This document shows positions 1 to 11,341 of a DNA stretch of 64,000 nucleotides, piece after piece; the first letter of the stretch is position 1, and every line of letters starts with the position of its first letter. The translations under genes and the position numbers were made by a program. The notes below the pieces were generated by a model. It was not told the origin of the DNA. It ran no database searches and saw nothing but the letters and a program-made list of their open reading frames with translations. Origin of the DNA: Paraphysomonas bandaiensis (taxonomy: Eukaryota > Protista > Chrysophyceae); assembly GCA_965644295.1 (NCBI GenBank), contig CBFFRP010000272.1, positions 1-64,000 of the forward strand, written 5' to 3'.

Positions 1-39
1 ACACACGATAAAGGCGAATTTCATATCACACAAAAAGAA

Positions 40-230
40 CGGAAGTGGTTGCACCTTGGTGCTTGCGGCGACGCACAAGCAGCTTTCGTAGCGTTAAATA
101 GTAGGATAAAAGAGTTTGTATTGATTAGTTACGGGTAGTGGTCTAACTAGTATGACTAGCATTCTTCTAGCCACTAATTGATGCAAGGTCTCAACGCCTA
201 TTGCTAAATAATCAGACATTCACTACTATT
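40..230 (+). mobile_element. 3' end of non-coding retroposon family B (SINE-like or LINE 3'UTR)
   Basis: Structured motif cggaagt-ggttgcacc-ttgg-tgcttg..caagca-gctttcg (40-88), then tagcgttaaatagtaggata and tail aacgcctattgctaaataatcagacattcactacta. The same blocks recur at ~10157-10594(-), ~16672-17631 and ~24321-24567. Confidence 0.7.
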
Positions 231-431
231 CCAGTTCCCGGCAATTATAATGGCATTAATGAAAAATGTCCCGGCAATAATAATGGATAATGGCAATACC
301 ATTAACGGTTACCAGGCCCAGATATATTTATAGAGAAGACATAAAATTACTGCGTGCAAATGTAGCTACAAGCCAACCTGGTCAGTAACTCTAAAAACTA
401 AGAGAATAATTAGTACACGTTACAGTTTTAT

Positions 432-1630
432 CTAGTCTACAGCATCAAAATCATCACTGTTTACAGGAGCTGGGTTTCGAGTGTCATCTGCCGATTTGGA
501 GCGCGGAGTCTGCCCGTTGGTATCTGTTACTTCGGGTTTCGAAGAACCAGACATTGCGGTGTCATTTGTAGGTTTAGAAGAACCTGATACTGCGGTGTCA
601 TTTAAGGGTTCTTCGTTCCCCATAAGCAGATTAACTATTTCATATATAGTATCAGATATATCCGAGTCGTCCTGTGCGTAGTCAAGGTTCCTGACAACAT
701 AATATGCTTTTTTCTGTCTCAAGATGTCTCTCATGGCTCTTTTTTGACAAAGCAGTATAATGCATTCTAGGAGCATCTTTTGAATATCCAACTCGGGCTC
801 AACTATCTTCTCTTCCCCTTGCATCCAGAGGATGGGGTCCATTCCCTGCTTCTCCTGCTCAGTGAAGGGTGTATTGACTACCAGTGGAAGGAGCAGTGGT
901 GTTACGACGTTGACTTCCTCAATCATCCAGAAGTGAATGTTGCTGTCAAAGAGACAACTTCGAATGCTACCAACCACTCCTCGACGACGTACAGCGTTCG
1001 CTGATCGGATCTGGACAAATGTTAGCTTGTCACGTACATCACGGGTGGATTCACACAAACCTGTCGAGTCAATCGGGACATGTTATCAGTGGACCTATCT
1101 AACAATAGAGTTCGCCCATTCTCAAGGCGGCATATGTTGCACAAAATGCTTGCAAAGTGCTGCCACTTGTCTATTTCCGAGAATTCGACACCTGGTCCTT
1201 CCACCAACTGAGGATTATAATCTAAAAACTTGTCAATCATTTGCTGTAGAATCGGTGCATGTTTATTGCAAGTCGAAATAAATTTGTCACTAATATCTTC
1301 TGAGGTAGTGAGGTTAGTTAGAAGCATGAGATATATATCAATAGATTCATTATTCAAATCACGTGATAGAATCTCCATAACTTTCTCTATAGTTATTTTC
1401 CCATCAAACTCACCACCACATGCAACAATATTTGTAAGTAATGTTGCAGTTTGTATACATAACTCTGAATTATTAAAACAATCTAATATTTTAGAGATAT
1501 AATTTGATTGACAGAATTCTGATGAGTTTGTTTCATTAACCACACTGGCTAATATGGTTAATGCCTGGGACTTAACATTCGAGTCATCAGTGTCAAGAAA
1601 TGGAAAGATTTCAGTTAGAGGTGAAGTCAT
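432..1630 (-). CDS. HGH1: HGH1/FAM203 family ARM-like protein (eEF2 chaperone), 2 exons
   Basis: ORFs 1022-1630 and 432-1058 join in frame via a 50-nt GT-AG intron (1011-1060). Motifs RRRGVVGSIRSCLFD, LLLPL, EPELDIQKMLLECIILLC and RDILRQKKAYYVVR resemble HGH1 DUF383/384. Confidence 0.85.
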
Positions 1631-2269
1631 GAGTGTTAGTTAATATGTTAAGTGTGTTGAGTAGTGTAGTGAGGGATGATGATGGTGTTCTGAGCTGTGA
1701 TGTGGGGTATGTATGTATATATATATAGTCTACCCATCCATCTCCAGGCCACTGGCCACAGGACACACATACAGCAGTACTCCTCTGTACATATCGATGT
1801 ACAGTACTAGACCATACTGTAGTGCTACACTATGGTCCATATGTATCCTATAGGCTGGTTGGTGTGTGTATTGCAGCAGAACATATATATCTACAAAGAG
1901 AATACACTGTATTATGGTATCAACACCTCTCAAGTATACAGCAATATACACTCTGTATCTGTGTTGGGGTGAAAAGTATGTCAGAGTGCGTATCGACAGT
2001 CGTACAAGGGATTGACTTTCACTTCCGTTATCGTCACCAATCAGATCCCGTTCTCCACCATATCGCTTGTCTGATGGGACCAAAGTGATCGTATTAACTT
2101 TTTGACAGAGGTGTCTCCATATACATACACAGCAGATATAGATGCATATATCTGTACATACCTACCTATAGCCTATAGCTCCATATGAACACATCTATCT
2201 ATACATTAAACAAACAACAGTGAAATGATAAGATGATATTCCAGAGATTGATATAAGATTTACAAATCA

Positions 2270-3987
2270 ATGGGAGGTTGTATAGGTGTCAATAACATAT
2301 ATGAAATGTATCCAGAGTTACAACCAATGAGACCTACATTTGATGCTCTGTCTATCTGCTCGAATGATATAGCGGCATTTTATAAAAAATTTAAGATTGT
2401 TGACGTGGTATGAACATGTTTGTCACTTCACTGATATTCTTAATCATAATTCTCTTCAGTCAAAGCGTGATTTCATTCATATCAGTGATATATTTGATTA
2501 TCTTCCTTTCGAAGAGAACACTTTCCTTTTGAATGTAAAGGATTTATTCAAAGTCATGTATGTTATTGATATGCTTATATGTTAGGCGTTCACATGTTTT
2601 AAAGACGATGAGTCGGAAACTTTAGATTTTAGAGAATTCGTACTTACAATATGGAACTACTGCACAATCGATTCCCCAGCCGATATGGGTAGTACCTTGC
2701 ACAATGTGTGAAGCAGTTGGCTAATATTTTCTACACAGCATCGTTTGCGTATGATTTATACAACACCAAGGACACTGAATCAGGAAAGATGGAAAAAGAC
2801 ACCATCATGCTCATTGCGAAGCATCAGTTTGAGGCTTTTTATGATCACCCGTTTCGAATAAGGTAACCCTAATGTGTCGAATAAGCTTACATGTTTAAAA
2901 AATACCATTCTCTGTCGATAGTGTGTTTACCACCTTGGAAAGCATGCAGTTCTTTGCCATGTCGAGGGCGCAGTTCATAAACTTTACCATATCTCACCCA
3001 GCATTGATGTATTCTGCACTCGAGATGCTAAAAGGATTGAGGAAATGGTTTTTCGGAGAACTCTATTGGGCTGATCAAATTAAGAAAAGAGACATCTTAT
3101 CAAAGGGAAAGTTTCTGAATGTCGGGCAGTTGCGGGAGGTGATAAATGCAGAAATTAATACATGTTTGAACATGCAGATGAATGCCCCTACCACGAGGAA
3201 AGAAAAATGTACAAGAGAGAGTGGAAACACTAAAGTTATCGAAGGGTCTACTGTTCAGAATAATAAAAGGACAGGCTTGACTGGGTTGACGACAAAAACC
3301 TCAGATAACATAAAGAGTAGCGGAGCCCGTAAAGACAAATCTCGTAAAAAGAAACAAGCTTCTCTACCGCCAGTGTCCTCTCCTACCTCTACTTCTACAC
3401 CTGTGGTGCCTTTCTCAGAGTTAAGTGGTGGGAGAATAAATGGAGACGGGCTATTCAAGCCCTCTCTTGATGCTGTCGTCAATGTAGCGGAGAGCCGTGC
3501 AACAATTTCGCGAGCAAGGAGAAGGTCAAGATACTCACTTCCCGCGAGACCCGGTGGTGATCAAGTGAGGCTGTGTTTATTGAGTCTATACATGTTTTCT
3601 TTGCATCGTGTATACGATTAGGATTAGTTATTTAACTTATGCGCGGTTGTTCAGGTACACGACAGTGTGGAGGACGAGGATGCGAAATGGATTCAAAAAG
3701 CAGCAAACAATATCACAGCTACGAATGAGAACTATTGGGATAAAGCAGAGGTCGATGGTAATGCTGAGGCTTTCTCCCGTAAGTGATATAAGTTTTTATA
3801 TGGAGCCACATTATCTGCTATTTATGTCTATACGTCAGCAAATTAAGAGACTAATACTGTCACTCCAGGTGGTCATTCTAGAAGAGGTGGTCGACAAACA
3901 TTTCCCTGTGATGATGCGGTCGTGGTGCCCGTGCGAAAGTATAATTTAACTCTGACAACACTTCCCAGTTTCAATAGAAGTGATTAG
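2270..3987 (+). CDS. N-myristoylated EF-hand protein (calcineurin-B/NCS-like N-terminus, low-complexity C-terminus), multi-exon
   Basis: ATG 2270 gives MGGCIG (Gly2/Cys4). Exons across short GT-AG introns encode FKDDESETLDFREFVLTIWNYCT and FAYDLYNTKD, then continue into ORF 2923-3621. The 3' end is uncertain. Confidence 0.65.
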
Positions 3988-4427
3988 TAAATGTGTAAAA
4001 GTTATGGACAATATGTATGTCATTAGGTTAGACTTGAAGCCTTTTTTACTCCTGAGTAATGTCATCGTTGAAGTCATTATGTGTCGTGTGTCGATTCATA
4101 TTTGTGAATATGTAACTGTGAATATCTCAAATTTAATTAGATTTATTTAATTTTACTTTGTATGTCAAGTGTCAAGGTGATTTATGTATAATACCTCTGT
4201 AATAAATCGAGCAATGCTGCAGATTTGCACGCATACGAACCACTTTTTCCGAATGTCGAGTACCATAAAGTCGTTACCTATTATAAGTTGCAAACTACGC
4301 ATCTTGTAGACAAACAACTAGATGTTAATCAGATTATGTATATTTATTACAGTATTGATGTATTGGTAGCAAAATTTTCACACTGCGTCTGCACGCAAGT
4401 AGCCCTAACAGGCCACTAATCATAAAT

Positions 4428-6653
4428 TCAACGCTTCGATGAATCCTCTATCTTGGCTGCTGCGGCCTCAACAATAACTTCTTTCGGGACATAAGGGGTC
4501 ACGTTGGCATGTGCTAGAGACGCGATTACCATGAGTCCAGCCATGGAATACATCGTGGTATCATACCTACATTGTCACACATAAATATATGGTAAATATA
4601 CAGTAAAGTCATACAAGTGAGGAGTAGGGTCCAGTGTGCCCGGAGGAGAAATAGCCAACAGTTTAGCTATTGTAACAGTTTTTGCTGCAACTAGATCACT
4701 GGCTTGATCAATTGGAGCTCCAAAAGTTTGTAGAAATTTCTCCGGCGAAACCTGATATGCACAATTAGATCGCCCAATTAATCTCAAAAGCGGGCACCGT
4801 GGTCAAAAGATTTTCGATAGCAGTGTGCTCAGACATTCGACGTAAATATAGGAGCATATTGGGACCCAAAAGAGCAGCTGCAGCGGAGTAGATCATCATG
4901 ACACCTGGTAAGTAGGGCTAGTTAACTGAAACGCCGAAGCAGTAGCTAAAGTGAGCATTTTTAATACCGTGGGTAGGTCCAACATTCTTTGACCCATAGA
5001 GATCTGATTCATACGCGGGAAGTATAGCATAAGTCCCCCCCATGAAAGATATGCATGCAATTGTGGAACCAATAAATGCAAAGAGTGGTAAGGATGATCC
5101 CTGCTCCACTACGGAGGTGATGTGGTAGGGAAGCGAAAGGTAGAGTGGCACAGAGGCGAGAGTAAAAAGCGCAAAAGTTTTACGTCGGCCTATTACATCA
5201 GATACAGCAGCCCATCCTAAGCGACCCCCTAGATTAGCCATCGAGAGCATCAAAATATACTGCGCGGCAAAAGAAGAAGTGACTAAAGCCGGAAGAGATC
5301 CACTGAACACCTATAGCAAAAACTTCTGTTTCAGTATTTATACCACAGAGTACACGGGTAGCTACCTCACTCATCATTGGCTTGGCGACAGAGAAAATAC
5401 CGAGGCCACCCATTGCAGTACATGTGAAAGTCAGACCTAGAAGATGAAATTGCGGGGATCTATCAATCCATGGGTGATGTCAATCATTTCATGGATAAAT
5501 AGACTGTTCACCTGATTGCTTCAGGCATGCTCACATCCACAGGGACAATTGCGGCCCCTCCTTTCGAATCTGTCGTAGGCACTGGGTTGAACCCCTCTGG
5601 CACGAAACTAGAATGGGGCTTCTTAAGAGTTAGTGCGGAGCCCAAAATGATAGCAAAGTAAGCTCCACCAAGCACAGCAAGTGCTTCTGCTGCGCCAGTG
5701 GACCCAGACCCAACAATATATAGACCCTCAGCCAGATCGTAAGGCAACCGGGCGATGTCAGCTGAAAGAGCCTCCACAACCTCCACTGCTCGTCCATTAA
5801 CCTCAGCAAAAAGCTTGCCATCTAACGTCTGTAGCTGGAATTCTTTGGTCGGACCCAGATATTCTGGCATGACCGCAAAGTGTTTCATCAGCTGCTGCGC
5901 AAGTGGCGTAAAGGCTAGGGCACCAGAACCAAAACCAGCGATTGCCATACCCGAGGCAAGGCCTTTCTTGTCTGGAAACCACTGAATAAGTGTTTGAATT
6001 GGGGGGGTGTATCCCAATCCCAGGCCAGCACCACCCAACACGCCGTATCCAAGGTACACAAGAGGTAACATATGATAATGTATACCAACTGCACCTAGCA
6101 ACAATCCTCCCCCAAATGCAATTGATGAACAAAACAAAGCCTTTCTAGCGCCAACAGCATTTTGCCATGGTCCGAGTACAGCTGCTGAAGACCCTAAGAC
6201 AACAAAAACAAGCGATAGAGGAAGAGAGGCATCTGTCAAACTCCAGTCTGCGGCAACAGGTGCTACGAATCCAATTTCCCTTGTGATGGCATCACCCATT
6301 AATGACCAAGCATATGTCGATCCTAAATAATATTACACAAGAAGCATAGTGACCAACTCATTATACCAATTGACATTTGTGTCAAAAAAGCAGGAACGAC
6401 CTGAACACATTATGATAACAACAAATAATCCGAATACAGATATTCATACCATTAGCCACCTATTCTTAAAATCTGGAGACGCTTCACATGATTTCAAACC
6501 AAATAAGCGATCAAATACTCCACTGGGTTCTTTATTATCAGGTGTAGTGGACAATAGCCTCTGAGATGACAGTATAACTGGCGGCTGTTGAACAATGCGT
6601 GTGTTCAAGCTGCGACGGTGCCATGACAGCAGCCTTGATGTCCGTCCGAACAT
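4428..6653 (-). CDS. MFS transporter, oxalate:formate antiporter (OFA/YhjX-like) family, multi-exon
   Basis: GLGLGYTPPIQTLIQWFPDKKGLASGMAIAGFGSGA, ANLGGRLGWAAVSDVIGRR and GGTYAILPAYESDLYGSKNVG. Several short introns; stop TGA at 4428-4430. Confidence 0.88.
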
Positions 6654-6908
6654 AAAAAGTAGTTTAATATATGATGAATGTGTAAAGATCACTCAACAGG
6701 AGAAGTAAACTTCCTTTTATTGTCTTGATATCTCAATGATACCATTCATAACCACACTTGCATAGGTGCAAATGCATAGAGACTGACATACTGCTGTAGA
6801 TACATACAGACACAGCTGTCATTTTTCAAAAACCATACACCATAACGACACGATTTTTTTGGATAGTAAAAAACTGAAAAAGTATTTATAGCATTGAAAA
6901 AAAGGATG

Positions 6909-6981
6909 CACCGCATGTGGGGCTCGAACCCACGACCACTGGCTTAAAAGGCCAGCGCTCTACCGACTGAGCTAACGCGGT
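6909..6981 (-). tRNA. tRNA-Lys (anticodon UUU)
   Basis: Reverse complement ACCGCGTTAGCTCAGTCGGTAGAGCG-CTGGC-CTTTTAA-GCCAG-TGGTCGTGGGTTCGAGCCCCACATGCGGTG folds as a 73-nt cloverleaf. An oligo-T Pol III terminator follows (A-run 6897-6903 on +). Confidence 0.96.
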
Positions 6982-7301
6982 ACACATTTGATCTAGATAA
7001 ATTATAATATATAAAGTCATTTTAATTAATACCATTTATGACATAGAAAATTTGGTTGTTGATCAACCTCTGGGAGTGTAGACAGGATAGTACGTGTATA
7101 TATGGTATGCTGTATGTGATATACATGGTGCTGTAATGTGGAGCATACTCCAGAGCATAGTTACATACAACACTCTCTGCATACACTAGATTACATATAT
7201 ATCTGGTAAGTTGTTATAATCATATTCATATCTATCATACTCATCATATCATCATATTTATTCTCAGATAGTTTATTTATTATCAGTAAGCAGCAGTAAT
7301 T

Positions 7302-7919
7302 ATGGGTGATACATTATCAGTCTGTGTATCTGATGGAGCCGATCAGACCGCACCTCTACCACAGAAACAAACACTGGAAAAAGTATGAGTGTATGTATAT
7401 ATACATATAGATTGTATTAACTTATCATTCAGTATCGAGTTGTCGGTCAAAGTGGTGCAACTGTACGTAAAGATGTCAATCTTGACTCGCCGCTTGTTGC
7501 CAACTTAGAAAAGGACACTATTGTTGATGTATCGGCGGTAAAAGGAAGACGGGCTCATATAGTTTCTCCTGTTGATGGATGGGGAAGTATTAAGACAGAA
7601 ACTGGATATGTCATTTTGAAAAAGGAAGATGGTGAGATATATAGATATAAAATTGTTCTCAAAGAAGGGGCTGTAATTAGGAAGGGGGCCGACATTGATA
7701 CTTCTGATGTAAGTCTATAGCGAAATTTCTACTGATTTATAGTCCTGACTTAATGGATAGGTGGTGGGGCGCGCGGAGTATCTTGACATAGTAGAATCTA
7801 CTGGTGAAGTGCAAGAAGTTGACGGTATACAGAGATTACGCATTAAGCAGGGTTGGATAAGTATGAATCTGAGGGAAAATGGGTCTGTTGGAGCTCCTAT
7901 TGTTGAACGTGTGGATTAA
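7302..7919 (+). CDS. small protein with two SH3b-like repeats, 3 exons (absent from ORF track)
   Basis: Manual splicing of two GT-AG introns gives MGDTLS...YRVVGQSGATVRKDVNLDSPLVANLEKDTIVDV...DGWGS and YKIVLKEGAVIRKGADIDTSDVVG...QGWIS; TAA at 7917-7919. Confidence 0.65.
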
Positions 7920-10156
7920 TTGTTGTCACATGCAACCCCTGTAATTAATCAGTGCAGTATTCTTGGCACACATTCTACTCTCCGTTGGTCTAATGGTATC
8001 TTCAGATTCCCTAAATCCTAAGTATATTAGTATACTGGTATTTCGCACGCAATCATTACTACGAATGATATGATATGTACCTTCCCTAGTAAAACTGTAT
8101 TTCTCTTGTATCGAACATGTAGTATTCATTTATCACATTAGAAACTTTTCAAGACATCATAAACGTTGAACATTGATGGTAATCTACTTCACAGTCATAA
8201 CATAATTATGCGAGTTTGCGCAACAGATGCTTTACAACTACCTACTGGCTGCAAGCGTAAAATCATTATGCTATAGCTGTTAGTAATTAATGACTGTAAA
8301 AGATGCATCAGTAATTTTACACTAGAGTTGGAGTAGTAAATAGATATTTCTTCATACTTCATATTTCACATTATCTCGATTTTATTGATTAGCTACATTG
8401 CAATGGCGCCTACTTCTACACGGAGAGTAGAAAGTTCTAAATTTCTCAAGTAAAAGGCATTTTCATCACAGAGATGCGGTCGTTTTACAAGAGATACTCT
8501 AGAGTTTGTATTAGAACAGTCACCATGAGTATCACTGACGTTCCCTCGTCCAGCTCTCGGGAGCTCGGGAGGACTACATAGTACCTAATTATTGTTCAGT
8601 ATCTTTCTTGGATACAATACGTTGTATGCATAAACGAAACTCTCACTGTCTCTTGAAACATGCTTATTAAAATCATCTCCTTTGCAAGAAATTTCTGATC
8701 TAGTTTCTTTACAAGAGGTAGTGATTCGACACTCACGTTTCTTACAGGTCAGATATTTCCGTAGCTCAGATCTTTTGGCCAGGTCTTCCGTTGATGTAGC
8801 CATATGCTACAGAGTTTTCAGAGGAACTTAACACAGAACATATAACAAACGCAAGTGAAATGTGAAAGACAAATCATAACGTCCTAGTATTTTAGTAGAC
8901 AACGGCACAGTACGGTATGTCACACCAGCCTTGACTGATATGATCTTACTTTTTGAAGGGTTCTGCTAGTAGCTTGCAGTAGATGGGTCTCTGGAATAGT
9001 GTTGCCAATGAAATTTGTCTAGGTTAGAATACTGTGTTCTCCTCAATGAGCTAGTAGAACAAGAAGCATGGCGTGTGTTGCGCTATGTATATAGGTGTTT
9101 TCGAATCATCAGTGTCAGATTTCAGCAGCACAACAGTGTTTTCAATGAGTACTTCTACGGGCGAAATAATTGTTATCACCCAGTATTCTGTCAACTCCTG
9201 TCCAGAGCCATCACCGATGACTGTGTCTGTGAGGTATTTTTATTTTCGTCTTGGTATATATAATGTCGAATTGGTCTGATTTGAGTCTCTTTGTACTGAA
9301 TGTGAAAAATAGGTAGAAAGAGCAGAATAGCTACTCGGAAATTCTAACTACCTCTGCGTGATAATATTGCGCTTGATGGCTTTTTCATTAGCTTGTATTA
9401 CTCGAACTGTTTAATCCTTCAAAATTTCAATATTGTCTTTGACTGAGGTGTCATCGTGGATGCCTAAGCAGTTGTGCTCGACCGGCCATTAAGAATCTGC
9501 ATCTTCTTTTTACCAACATCAAGTTAGCATTCATTGTTATTGGAGTATTATTGTATCTGACAGCTACAATTGGTGACACCAAGGTCATGCGACAGGCAAG
9601 CATCAAGGTGCAGTCTTCGCTCATGAATTGTGAAACGTTACTCGGAAAAAAGAGCAATTTCTACTGCTGGGTTAACTTCACAGTCCATGAGTTAAAACGA
9701 AAAAGCAAGCAAGAAAAGTCTACGAATATACAGTGAAAAATAGAATAATAGTGAAATCAGCGTAAGTAAAAGCCTGTTCATGATGTGGAAAAATTTGTGA
9801 TATGAATACGGTTATTGTATAGTTATAATATTGTGATGACTGGTTGTGCGCAGCATCTGAACGTCCGAAGATTGCCTAAAAGAGCTTTGTGAAAAGGCTC
9901 TGAGCCTATATGGAAGCTGTACAGCGCAGTGTGCATTGTATAATAGCGTGGTCTAGAGTACACACAACGTCTTGACATTCGTAGGTACAAGTGTGAAAGG
10001 ATTAAAGTCTTACACTGTTCTTTCTATAGCATAATTTAATGATGTTTGATGTGTAGTAATTTCTAATGTGTTCTTGACGAATTTTAAAATATTTAGTTTC
10101 GTTACTGTTCACTATTATGTATGTATATAATTTATAAACATATATAACGGTCATAT

Positions 10157-10594
10157 TATAGTAGTGAATGTCTTATTATTAGCAATAATAGGCGTTTAAG
10201 AGTCAGAGTTTATAATTTAGCATTGAAATTTAACTAACTCGTGCTTAACTCTGATATCCTACTATTTAACGCTACGGAAGCTGCTTGTGCGACGCCGCAA
10301 GCAACAAGGTGCGACCACTTCCGCTCTGAGTTCTTTAGGTGAACAGCCCGGATGCTTGAGGGCAGCAGGCAGCCCAATACCCCGACTACCCTTCAGGTGG
10401 ACCCATTCCCGGATGCCTGTTTATTCGTCAGAGCCCAAAGCCACCTACACAAGTGACGCTTATTATTAGTGTCCCTCTTGTACAACGCAAGCATTCGGCT
10501 ATGAGTGGGCAGAACGCTATCTATGTCTATGCTGGACAGGACCGGAATTCCCCTAGAACACCACGAAATGATGCGAGTCCGACTTTGCTGAGGG
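10157..10594 (-). mobile_element. longest copy of non-coding retroposon family B
   Basis: Reverse complement aligns block-wise with 16672-17013 (ccctca..gtcggactcgca..gtggtgttc; ctttgggc..tgacgaata..caggcatccgggaa; structured motif 10275-10323). Ends in the taataataagacattcactac tail. Confidence 0.7.
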
Positions 10595-11341
10595 CAACAG
10601 AGCTGCTAGCACTTGTGTAATAATAGAGGCAGTGCAGCACGTCTGTCTACCCCTTTCTATGGTTTAAAACGGCCTCTTGTAGAGAAGGTGTAAACTCTAG
10701 AGAAGGTATGCATGATATACATACATAGGTTAGCCATAATTGGTACCTATAACTACTGCAACCCGCCGATGTGCTACATATGTGCTCCAGTGAATACATT
10801 CACATCGAGGTCCATATACATTACAACATGTATAAAAGAAATATGGAAACTATGCACTTATTATACTTATTACAGTGACACCGGACTCCCTCATATAAAT
10901 TGCACCTCATTTGATTAGTACCACCGCCTTCAGTCCCTTCAGCGACACGACACAAGAAGAAATTCTATACCAATGAACACAGAAGCAGTTTCGTATGTCG
11001 TTTCCATTGATGTTATACATTCGTATTTTATATATATTATATTCTTATATAATATATTGATGTGACGTCTTGTGTTACCCTAGAAATTAGAACCGCATTA
11101 TGATCTTGTCTATAAAAATAAAGGGTGACCCGAGTCAAAAGGATAACTATTTTATTTAAAAGGCTATACTGACGCTCATGCACAATACCTTGGCCAGTTG
11201 CCATGGCAAAATAGGCAGGAACAGCTAAAACATATGCCACACACTTTTTACAAAAGAAATATTGAGGCAACAGTCATCAACAAGAGGTAAAGAAATATAA
11301 CTTGTAACTATACTACGTTACACAAGATAACAAACTGCACA

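Noticed and set aside
536-605. 36-bp tandem duplication in the HGH1 tail (NDTAxSGSSKP x2)
   Set aside because: Ordinary low-complexity tail duplication.
8400-9740. Short ORFs and splice-like sites on both strands
   Set aside because: Could not assemble a stop-free gene or recognise a domain; possibly a decayed gene.
10420-10440. CUGACGA in family B as a hammerhead ribozyme core
   Set aside because: No stem II/GAAA partner, and the other copy reads TTGACGA.
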